Origin: Eledone cirrhosa
Lineage: Eukaryota
DNA: 64,000 nt
Direction: 5' to 3'
Assembly: GCA_964016885.1 (NCBI GenBank)
Contig: OZ024742.1
Coordinates: 34,224,001-34,288,000 of the forward strand
Shown here: positions 13,054 to 25,529 of the stretch, in pieces
How positions within the stretch are numbered: position 1 is the first letter of the stretch
Layout: each line of letters begins with the position of its first letter
Made by a program: the position numbers and the translations under genes
Notes under the pieces: generated by a model
Databases searched by the model: none
What the model was told of the DNA's origin: nothing
What the model saw: only the letters and a program-made list of their open reading frames with translations

Positions 13054-13315
13054 CAATAACCATTAAGTTGATTTTGTTTGACATTTTATTTTCGAAAGAA
13101 AAATATATTTATATAATTTTTACTTTTTTAAATGTATGTTTTCTTCTCTTAACAAATCATAAAAGTTAGTACATGTATATGGATGTAGGTGTGGTGGTGG
13201 TGGTGAGGGCGTTGGCGACAGTTGTTTTGGGATTGAAGAGGGGATAACCAGCATAAGCAGGAGGGGTTAGATTGGTCGATACACTTTTGTGCATATCAGG
13301 GGATATGTGTGTTTC

Positions 13316-13516
13316 TCTAGATGTATGTGCATCTACGTAGTGCTATGAGTGCACATGTACATGCATATGCATGTGCATGTATATATGGACAAGAACATTT
13401 ATCTTTCTATCTAGGTATCGATCTATGTGTGTATGTCTAGATGTATGTGCATCTATGTAGTGCTATGAGTGTGCATGTGCATGCATATGCATGTGCGTGT
13501 ATATATGGACAAGAAT
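13316..13516. repeat. two-copy tandem duplication, period about 120 bp
   Basis: TCTAGATGTATGTGCATCTA...ATATGGACAAGAA at 13316 and 13436. Confidence 0.75.
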
Positions 13517-13539
13517 ATCTATCGATCTATGTGTGTGTG

Positions 13540-13588
<49 letters not shown>

Positions 13589-13674
13589 ATAATAATAAAT
13601 TTGAAGACTAAAATCCAAAGAGGGCTCGATAAGGATAAATATATATCAGATATATAAGAACCGTAGAGCAAATA

Positions 13675-13818
13675 CGCATTATATGGTATAATCCACCATA
13701 TAATATGGAGGTGGCCACACCTTTAGCTAACATCTTTCTATCCCTTATTATGAAGCATTTCCCCCCAGCACATAAATATAGTAAAATGTTTAATAGAAAT
13801 ACCATTAAAATTTCTTAT
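13675..13818 (+). pseudogene. PLE (Hydra-like) RT-EN linker fragment
   Basis: RIIWYNPPYNMEVATPLANIFLSLIMKHFPPAHKYSKMFNRNTIKISY aligns to RVTWYNAPFN...KNFPPNHKYHQILNRSTVKFSY in ORF 47270-49195. Confidence 0.85.
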
Positions 13819-14548
13819 TTCGTATACGTGATATTTTGTCTGTGTGAGTATGCGGGTTCGTACGTATGTAGGGCGTGTGTATATGTGTACTTTGTGTTTT
13901 GTTTGACGTACGTCCGCGAACATTTACATGTGGGTGTGTGTGTGCACGCGTTGTATACATTTTTATGTGTGTATATTTATATACGTTTATTTAATTATGT
14001 ATACAGGCACACACATGTGTATATATATGAGTTTTTATTTATTTATTTTTATGTGTATTTGGTGTATTCGTTCGTATGTGTGCGGTTGGCGTTGCGTAGG
14101 TTCTGGATGTGCGTGCGTGTGTTTTTATTTTGTTTTTTTTTTATGTACGTGTTTGTTTTTGCATACCCATGGAGAGTGTTTTCGCGTATGCTCGCGTATG
14201 TACGTATATGGATGTGTGTATGTATATATTTAATTTCAATTACCTCTGTATTTTATTTACTTTATTCTTAACTCTGGAGCCGAGAATTTTAGTCTACGAC
14301 TTCAGTTATACCATTTACGTGGTTTTGTCTTTGCGTATAATTGTTTTCATTGATCCACATAATGACGTGTTATCTTCATTTTTTTCCATTCATTGCCAGA
14401 GAACGTCTCCATGAAGCACCTAATAGAATATTAATCTACGACTTCATTTATACCCTAAACGTGGTTTTGTCTTCGCGTGTAATTGTTTTCACTGCACCAA
14501 ATAATGACGTATTATCTTCGTTTTTTTCCCGTTCTTTGCCAGGGAACA

Positions 14549-14625
14549 TTTCATTCTTTAGAAATCATCAGGAATCAGGATTCCTGATGATTTCTAAAGA
14601 ATGAAACAGTTCTAGTCCTGTAGAA

Positions 14626-14630
<5 letters not shown>
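14549..14630 (+). ncRNA. mini-palindrome containing a hammerhead-like motif
   Basis: CAGGATTC-CTGATGA-TTTC-TAAA-GAAT-GAAA-CAGT-TC-TAGTCCTG (14576-14620) preceded by its own inverted copy; stems imperfect. Confidence 0.5.
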
Positions 14631-14661
<31 letters not shown>

Positions 14662-15570
14662 ATATTTGGGGAGGGTCATATTTGCGTAATATTGCCAGAA
14701 TTAATAACAGAACACACTCACTGTTTGGTTGGTTTTCGCTTCTCGCTGTCTTTTATATATATATATCTGCGATCTAACTTACTCGGTCCTCAATGTTGCC
14801 ATTGACTGACCGGCGGTCAAAAATAATACAGATACAATATAGACAAACACATATATATATAGTTTACATAAATCTTTCGTTGCACATCTGCAACATCGTC
14901 AGTGGTGTTATATTCATTGTTCCTCCTGTTGTGTTGTATGTCTACGCCATTTTTTTTTTTTTTTTGTTCAGTCTGTCTATATATTTATTTATTTATTTGC
15001 TTGTTTGTTTATCTTATTTTATTTTGTCTTCTTTGCGCATGCGTTTGCGTGTGTGTATAGTGTTATGTGTGATGTGTGATGTGTGACTAGTGTGTATAGT
15101 GTTGTCTGCTGGGTGACTAGTGTGTGTTTATGTGCTTGTGTATGTATTTATTTATCTTATTTTATTTAATTTAATTTACTTATTTATTTATACTTCTCTT
15201 AGGTCAGTGTTGTTTGTTTGGGTGTTGTTGTTGTTCCACTCATTCTTTCTGTTTAGCTTTGGTCTTCTAATTTCTATTTCACTGGCCTCTCTGATTTGCC
15301 TATCTGCTGGGTCATTCCTATGTTTAGATATTATTCTAATTTCTATGTTGTCTATGTTACCGTCATGATGTTGTCTAGCATGTTCGTATAGTACTGACCC
15401 GTTTTTTCGTCCTTTTAGTTCCCCCCAGTGTTGGTCTATCCTTTCACCTATGCTACGAGCTGTCTCACCTATGTATGTTGTTGTCGTGTTTCTGCAAGTA
15501 CCCTCTGTACATCTTATGCTATAGACTACGTTTCTAGTTTTACAGTTTTATCCCCCCGGATAAACTGTAA

Positions 15571-15930
15571 AACTGTAAAACTAGAAACGTAGTCTATAGC
15601 ATAAGATGTACAGAGGGTACTTGCAGAAACACGACAACAACATACATAGGTGAGACAGCTCGTAGCATAGGTGAAAGGATAGACCAACACTGGGGGGAAC
15701 TAAAAGGACGAAAAAACGGGTCAGTACTATACGAACATGCTAGACAACATCATGACGGTAACATAGACAACATAGAAATTAGAATAATATCTAAACATAG
15801 GAATGACCCAGCAGATAGGCAAATCAGAGAGGCCAGTGAAATAGAAATTAGAAGACCAAAGCTAAACAGAAAGAATGAGTGGAACAACAACAACACCCAA
15901 ACAAACAACACTGACCTAAGAGAAGTATAA
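15571..15930 (+). pseudogene. PLE GIY-YIG endonuclease domain (5'-truncated; mirror copy on the minus strand in the left arm)
   Basis: NCKTRNVVYSIRCTEGTCRNTTTTYIGETARSIGERIDQH...; close match to 7626-7979. Confidence 0.85.
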
Positions 15931-16210
15931 ATAAATAAGTAAATTAAATTAAATAAAATAAGATAAATAAATACATACACAAGCACATAAACACACACTA
16001 GTCACCCAGCAGACAACACTATACACACTAGTCACACATCACACATCACACATAACACTATACACACACGCAAACGCATGCGCAAAGAAGACAAAATAAA
16101 ATAAGATAAACAAACAAGCAAATAAATAAATAAATATATAGACAGACTGAACAAAAAAAAAAAAAAATGGCGTAGACATACAACACAACAGGAGGAACAA
16201 TGAATATAAC

Positions 16211-16252
16211 ACCACTGACGATGTTGCAGATGTGCAACGAAAGATTTATGTA
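16211..16252 (+). ncRNA. hammerhead motif in pseudo-LTR (mirror copy 14865-14906, minus)
   Basis: ACCA-CTGACGA-T-GTTGCA-GATG-TGCAAC-GAAA-GATT-TA-TGT; core and stem II intact, stems I and III weak. Confidence 0.6.
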
Positions 16253-16518
16253 AACTATATATATATGTGTTTGTCTATATTGTATCTGTATTATTTTTGA
16301 CCGCCGGTCAGTCAATGGCAACATTGAGGACCGAGTAAGTTAGATCGCAGATATATATATATAAAAGACAGCGAGAAGCGAAAACCAACCAAACAGTGAG
16401 TGTGTTCTGTTATTAATTCTGGCAATATTACGCAAATATGACCCTCCCCAAATATAACAATATCTGTTTCGACACACGATTTCATATAAAAAACCTCGCA
16501 AAACTAATTCATCGCCGC

Positions 16519-16559
<41 letters not shown>

Positions 16560-16894
16560 ATGGGTGTGTGTGCGTGTGTAGTTATGTATATATAGAGAGA
16601 AAGAGAGATAAAGCATTATATATGTATATATTTGTGTGCATCTCTACGTAGTTTTGAATAAGTCTATGTATATATACTCACGTCTGTGTCTCTGTGTGTG
16701 GTATATCCAGAGCAAATTTTAATATTGATAATTTATTATATTTTTAGAATAGATAAATAGGATTTAAGAGGATTTTGAAATACATGTGCCTACCCTATAA
16801 TTCTATGAATTGACTCTGTTCGGATTGATATAGATTAGAAGAAAGAGTACATACGTATACAATACAGAGTCATACATTCATACATGCATACACA

Positions 16895-16938
<44 letters not shown>

Positions 16939-16939
16939 T

Positions 16940-16993
<54 letters not shown>

Positions 16994-16999
16994 ATATAT

Positions 17000-18450
17000 T
17001 TTAAAATATAAATATTAATAAAATAGATGTTCTTTTGATCAATTACATTTCATTATACATATTTCGGATGTACAACAGTACGTCCTCATCAGACAAAATA
17101 TCATTATATTTGACATATCCTGAGATGTTAAATGGTTAAGATTTAATCAAAGTAGTGATTAACCTAAGAGAAGATTTAACATATATACCCTAATTATGAG
17201 AAAATGCGAAAACGTAATAAATTCATTAGAGAATGTGTGAGTAAGAAAAACGTTGCTTAATGTAACTGTTCTAGAGATTTTAAAATGTATGATACTACGA
17301 TATATCTAGGAAAACATCTCATGAATCATAACAGCCAGTGATAGCCACTGGAAAAGGTTGTATAAAGAGGGAAAGATAAAGGGGTGGGGGTGATATATGT
17401 AGAAGGAGCTTTTTTCCGATAGTTAAACGGTTAAATTTGAAAATATTTAATTTATAATTTTAGGGTGAATACTCCAGATTTCAGGATTATTTGCTGGTTA
17501 TTTATATAGTAGTTTTATAAATTCAATAAGTGTGTTATCATTTCTAAGCTTCTGAGTTTTATGAGGGTAACATTTAAAGGATTTAGCTGGCACATAAAGA
17601 ATGAAATATTATACTTATGATTATTTACCTAAATTTAAACTTTAACAAAGATACCAACATATTAGGTATGTAAAGCTTTTGAAGTACTTATTGTTATAAA
17701 TATTTAAATAACGATTATGTATATAGATATATCTTAATGAGCCAGTATATTTTAGGTAAATAATAACGACGAAGATAAAAATAAAATAAGATAATAGATT
17801 GAGGTATGTTAAGGTTAAATATAGACCTATATATAACAGGGTGTAAATGTATTAATTATTCTTTAACAAAGATACCAACATATTAGGTATGTAAAGCTTG
17901 TGGAGTATTTATTGTTAGAAATATTTAAATAACGATTATGTATATAGATATATATTATTGATCCAGTATATTTTAGGTAAATGATAACGAAAATAAAAAT
18001 AAATTGAGGCATGTTACGGCTAAATATACACCTATATACAACGGGGTGTAAATGCATTAATTATTCTTAGTTCAGAGTTTACGTAATCAAGAAATTTAGA
18101 AGTTAAATAAAAATTGTGTATAGGAAGATATAGGGAGGTATATATAAATATATATTAGGTATTAGTGGTGCAGTATACTTTAGGTAAATGATAAAGGTTA
18201 TAATTTTATAAGGTAGAGTTCAACGTGTTACATTTAAATACATATATTTATATAAGAAAAACAATAATAAGTGCATGGATCATTCAGAGTTCAAAATAAT
18301 GTCTATAATAATTTTTAGTTTGGATATTTTCTCTATATTTGAATCATATATATAGAAATGTGGTAGATATATTCAAAAATATTTAAAAATATATAAAATA
18401 TAGTATATAACTACGTACATATTATAATACATTATATTATAAATAAGAGA
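17000..18450 (-). mobile_element. non-coding HHR-bearing PLE-type repeat, copy 1 (HHR 17046-17100)
   Basis: Colinear with 19264-20420; reverse complement contains TATTTTGT-CTGATGA-GGACGTAC-TGTT-GTACATCC-GAAA-TATGTA-TA-ATGAAATG; internal duplication 17641/17862. Confidence 0.75.
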
Positions 18451-18453
18451 TAA

Positions 18454-18495
<42 letters not shown>

Positions 18496-18554
18496 TAATA
18501 AATTTGAAGACTAAAATCCAAAGAGGGCTCGATACATATATATATATATATATA

Positions 18555-18850
<296 letters not shown>

Positions 18851-19004
18851 TATACACGGGTGTGTATGATTGTGTATAGAAGACTATATTAATAAAAGGA
18901 ATTCCAACTTTGTCTGATTTACTCGTTTTATTTACAATCCTTTAACATTTATAATGGTATTAATCACAGTTGAAAATTGCAAACTTGACTGTCAGCACAC
19001 ATTA

Positions 19005-19043
19005 TGAACCTGAAGATTGCGAAAGCATGAAAGTACTTGTTCA
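19005..19043 (+). ncRNA. minimal type-I hammerhead ribozyme (39 nt)
   Basis: TGAAC-CTGAAGA-TTGC-GAAA-GCAT-GAAA-GTAC-TT-GTTCA; lies between inverted arms 18885-18962 / 19087-19155. Confidence 0.85.
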
Positions 19044-19168
19044 ATTAACACTTAACATTTAATATTCTATCATACTATTTCATTATAATACCATTATAAA
19101 TTTTAAAGGATTGTAAATAAAACGAGTAAAGTTGGAATTCCTTTTATTAATATATATATATATATATT

Positions 19169-21199
<2,031 letters not shown>

Positions 21200-21217
21200 A
21201 TATATATATATATATAG

Positions 21218-21431
21218 GAACGATAGACTTTCGTCAAATCGGACCGAGGGAACAATGTTTCCGTTGGTCTTTCCAATTGCTAATACTATCTATCGGTCGC
21301 AACTCCAGGTAGAAGGAGCAACGTGAAATAAAGTGTCTTGCTCAAGGACATAACGCATCGCCTGGTCCAGGAATCGAACTCACAACCTTACGATTGCGAA
21401 TCTAATTCTCTAACCACTCAGCCACACGCCA
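21218..21431 (-). mobile_element. tRNA-derived SINE, family B variant (second copy 37078-37248)
   Basis: Reverse complement GGCGTGTGGCTGAGTGGTTAGAG...GAGTTCGATTCC...GTCCTTGAGCAAGACACTTTATTTCACGTTGCTCC. Confidence 0.8.
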
Positions 21432-21544
21432 TATATATATATATATACATAGATATACATCTCTATCTATCTAACTATCTATTCTTGGAACGAAACAGTT
21501 TTAGTCTTGGAGAAGACATTTCTATATTTTAAATATATATATAA

Positions 21545-21649
<105 letters not shown>

Positions 21650-21918
21650 TATTTGAAACCATCTGAGAATATGGTTGCGTGAATATGAGAGTGCTTATGT
21701 GCATGTGCGTGGATGTGATGGTACACAGGGGATATATCATGGATGTGTGTTTCACATACGGATGCAATGAAGGGAAAGTAAAAAAATGAAACATCTCACA
21801 TTATATACAACCCCTTTTCCATCTCAATATATTTTCAATATGCGTGTATACTTGTGAGTATGCGTGTGTGTATATAATATGTACATGTGTAGGGTGAACT
21901 GTTCATATACTGACTATA

Positions 21919-22153
21919 GCATGGCTTAGTGGTTAGAGCATTGGCCTTGCAATCGAAAGACTGTGAGTTCAATTCTCGGACCGAGTGATGTGTTGTTTCC
22001 TTGAGCAAGACACTTTATTTCCCGTTGCTCCAGTTTACTCAGCTGTAGAAATGAGATGATAGGATTGGGGTCCCTATTATTAAATCACCAAAGACCCCTC
22101 CAACTAGATATACCTTGGAGGAGTCCAGCTAAACCTGCATAGATGTGAGCTGT
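21919..22153 (+). mobile_element. SINE family B
   Basis: Matches 31126-31364 end to end. Confidence 0.85.
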
Positions 22154-22983
22154 TAAAAAAAAATATATATATATAGGAGTGGTGATAGAGCTGTGAAAAT
22201 TTGTATGCATTACTTTCAACTCTTCTTATAAATAACTGTACTGTTTCTTTCCAGGGGCTATGTTAAAAAATAAATCTAATTTGGTCATATATATATATAT
22301 ATATATACGAGCAGATGAATGAAACCACACACACGTGAGATCCAAAGCTCACACACGCACACATTTCATTAGTAGAAAAGATATCCATTTATTTCATATA
22401 GAAATGACTTCTACAATATTAGAACCATTTCATTAGTTCAAAATCATTATATTTTTCCATGATTTCAAACGATGAAACAACACTGGATGTAACACGTTTT
22501 TCTTGACGGTCTCAGTTTCCCAGCTTGAGCTTATCTTTCTTTTTTGTTTCTTTTTTTGCAGTGTCTGGTTTAATGATCACATCTGCTTCAATTTATTAAT
22601 TAGTTTTCGTATTTCAGTCCCAAGGTATGTGTTTTCATTTTCATGTTTTCTCGTCTCTTTTGCTATGCATCGTTTGTATTGATTCTAGGCCTGTACCAAA
22701 CTATTTTGTCTTGTCTCTTATTTTCCGATTGTCACCAATCTATTTTGACTGGTTACTGCGGTAGAATTTTGGATTTATGCTGAGTACGCCCTTTCGGCTG
22801 AAACCGATCTCACGACCATGGATAAGCGGCTGAAATCCGAAATCATGTGCTTATTTCGTTGGTTTTGTTTGTTTTTTCATCCTCTAGTCTCGATAAGGAT
22901 AAATATATATCAAATATATTTGATATATATTTATCCTTATCGAGCTCTGTTTGGATTTTAGTCTGCACATTTATTATTATTAC

Positions 22984-23017
<34 letters not shown>

Positions 23018-23050
23018 GCTTACATTCACACATATGTACATATATACATA

Positions 23051-23315
23051 TTGGGAGACACAAAGCAGACCTTGTTAAGAAATGGCTGGCGAATTTGAAA
23101 ATTAGGTAGAAACATGTGCTTATTTTACTAGATAGAATTAGTTAGTTGGGATTTTTAAAAAAATGCTCTGAATGGAAAAAAAAAATGATGAGTATTTACG
23201 GAGATGGAACACGAACCGACATCTTTGGTTTGTCAGTCCAATGTGTTACCATTACACCACCACGCCACCCAAGCCTTCTGCCATTCAATTAGAAGATATG
23301 TACCATGGCAGGTAT
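23051..23315 (-). mobile_element. TA-anchored repeat containing a tRNA-like fold (23198-23266)
   Basis: Reverse complement TGGTGTAATGGTAACAC-A-TTGGA-CTGACAA-ACCAA-AGATG-TCGGTTCGTGTTCC followed by body and tail shared with 23332-23586. Confidence 0.7.
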
Positions 23316-23331
23316 ATATTTGTATATAAAT

Positions 23332-23586
23332 AGGGAGACACAAAGCAGACTTTGTTTAGAAACGGCTAGCGAATTTGAAAATTAGGTAGTAACATGTGCT
23401 TACGCTGTAAGCATCCCACTCGTGTTGGTGTAATGGTAAAACCTGGTCCGGCAAACCAAAGATGTGGGTTCATGTCCCGTGTACAGCAATACTCATCCTT
23501 TTTCTAACCAGAGGGTCTTTTAAAATCCCAAATAACAGACTAATTCTATTTAGTCAAATACAGCGTAAGCACACGTTGCTATCTTA
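23332..23586 (+). mobile_element. head-to-head element with tRNA-like fold (23419-23488)
   Basis: Left arm 23332-23408 is the inverted 3' end plus tail; the right part has A-box TGGTGTAATGG, B-box GGTTCATGTCC and ends in (TA)n. Confidence 0.7.
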
Positions 23587-23592
23587 TATATA

Positions 23593-24342
23593 TTTGTATA
23601 TGGTTAATTATGCTAATTAGAAGAAGAAATAGTATATATTTTAATATCTGATGATTCTAAAGACATGATTTATGATATAATGCTCTGATTTTTTTATTTT
23701 AATTTATTAATTCTTCATAGAACTTAAAAGTGAACAGTTGCAACATATATATATCTTTAACTTTATGTATATGATAACCTTTATATTTAATAATCTCCCA
23801 ATTGGTTGAGATTAAATTTGGCGATATATGGCTGCGCTTTCTATCAGCAAGCCTACCCGCCATAAGCAACCAATCACACTCTTTCTCTCTGGCTGGAACA
23901 CAGCTACATAGCGATTTTTAGCCATTTTTGAATCTAAATTTGGCGGGATCGGATAGAAAAACTAGATGTCTGATTTTGAGTTTATCTCCTGATGAAACCT
24001 AACTCTGGACATTCATATTATTTGGAAGTCCTAAATAAGGAAGAAACCATGGTAGAGATATAATTACGGTATGTGCGCATTTCTTCTAAGTTTAATTTTA
24101 CTACTAATTGTGTGTGGTTGGTGGTATATTTAGTTGGATTCTACATGCTGTCGAAATGTTGGATAAATAATGGAACGGGGCCGACGCGAAGAGGCTACGA
24201 TCGATTATTTGTCGGAGATTTCCCCATAAGAAAATTTATTCTTATAGCTTGTTGGGATGGATTTTGTATATGGTTAATTATGCTAATTAGAAGAAGAAAT
24301 AGTATATATTTTAATATCTGATGATTCTAAAGACATGATTTA

Positions 24343-24349
<7 letters not shown>
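23593..24349 (+). mobile_element. ORF-less 670-bp unit with 87-bp terminal direct repeat and one HHR (retrozyme-like / non-autonomous PLE)
   Basis: 23593-23679 = 24263-24349; HHR 23983-24060; TA-rich flanks. Confidence 0.75.
23983..24060 (+). ncRNA. type-I hammerhead ribozyme
   Basis: TATCTC-CTGATGA-AA-CCT...GGAC...GTCC...AGG-AA-GAAA-CCATGG-TA-GAGATA; palindromic stem III. Confidence 0.8.
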
Positions 24350-24396
<47 letters not shown>

Positions 24397-24402
<6 letters not shown>

Positions 24403-24797
24403 AGATCAAAAGATGGTTAAAGGAGTTCCATGTATTTTATTATGCGCATTTCAAAAACAAACATCATCATGCAATAATATTTGTGTTTTCATCAGATAAA
24501 ACAGGAGAACATGATATGAAGGCTAAAAAACACTTGTGGATAGTGCAGTTTTAAATCAACATATCCACAAGTGTTTTTTAGCCTTCATATCATGTTCTCC
24601 TGTTTTATCTGATGAAAACACAAATATTATTGCATGATGATGTTTGTTTTTGAAATGCGCATAATAAAATACATGGAACTCCTTTAACCATCTTTTGATC
24701 TTATATTATGTATACTCCAGTCCTACAAACTGTAGAGTGCTTCTTATCCGATATCTGCATTGCTTTATTGTACTACAATAAAACTCACCTCCTACAT
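24397..24797. mobile_element. TA-embedded asymmetric palindrome with an HHR on each arm (24433-24503 -, 24601-24671 +)
   Basis: Arms 24397-24542 / 24562-24708; TGTTTTAT-CTGATGA-...-GAAA-TGCGCA-TA-ATAAAATA; ~88-nt tail on the right only. Confidence 0.85.
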
Positions 24798-24858
24798 ATA
24801 TATATATAAATATATATATAAATATATATATAAATATATATATAAATATATATATATA

Positions 24859-24913
<55 letters not shown>

Positions 24914-25529
24914 GTGTGTGTGTGTGTGTGAACGTCTGTGCTTGCACTTACTTATTTGATAATGTAGACTAACTTTTGATAATGTAGACTGTTCATTCTG
25001 ACAGGAATATAAAGCCCAAATCTCCATACATATGTCTCTGAATCAGTGTCTCTATTTGTTTATCACCCTTCCTCTTCTGTCTTTCATTCCCCTCTCTCTA
25101 TCACCATAACTTCGATTCATACCCAATATTATATATATATTCACGTGGGTGTTTTAGTTGAGGAATTATTCTTATAATTATCTTATTAATAATTTCTTCA
25201 TTCATATATAATTGCCATAAGATTGATTAAAATTATGCGCCTTGGCCGGCGTTCAAATTTACATCTACCTAGCAAGCGTCGTAGAAATCTGGGTATGGTG
25301 TTAATGTTTCTAAGAAAGGTTGTTATGAAAAGATTGAAATGTGATATTCCGTGTACAAACCAGGTAAAAGACAGCTGAATGGTCGCACAGAGAACATTTT
25401 GACGTTGTACGCTTCTACGTTTAACTCCAATCGTGATAGAGCTACTTGGCTTTTATTTTCATCTTTTCAACAACCCCGAGTACCATTTTGATATCCAACA
25501 ACAACCCTGAGTACCTTTTCGATTTCCAT

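Larger units (their letters stand above)
14656..16519. mobile_element. head-to-head palindrome of a PLE 3' end (GIY-YIG domain + pseudo-LTR), same family as 5874-8490
   Basis: Arms 14656-15549 and 15571-16462 are near-perfect reverse complements; the right arm has a tail to 16519 that also occurs inverted at 5874-5935. Confidence 0.92.

Noticed and set aside
12671-13169. Poly-Asn/Val/Leu ORFs
   Set aside because: Trinucleotide repeat open in several frames on both strands; no domain or splice support
22775-22815. HHR-like CTGAGTA-CGCC-CTTTC-GGCT-GAAA-CCGA-TC
   Set aside because: Core mutated and no convincing stem I; at best a decayed copy
23198-23488. Two functional tRNA genes
   Set aside because: Acceptor stems do not pair, the anticodons disagree (GAC vs GGC) and both sit in a repeat; treated as tRNA-derived
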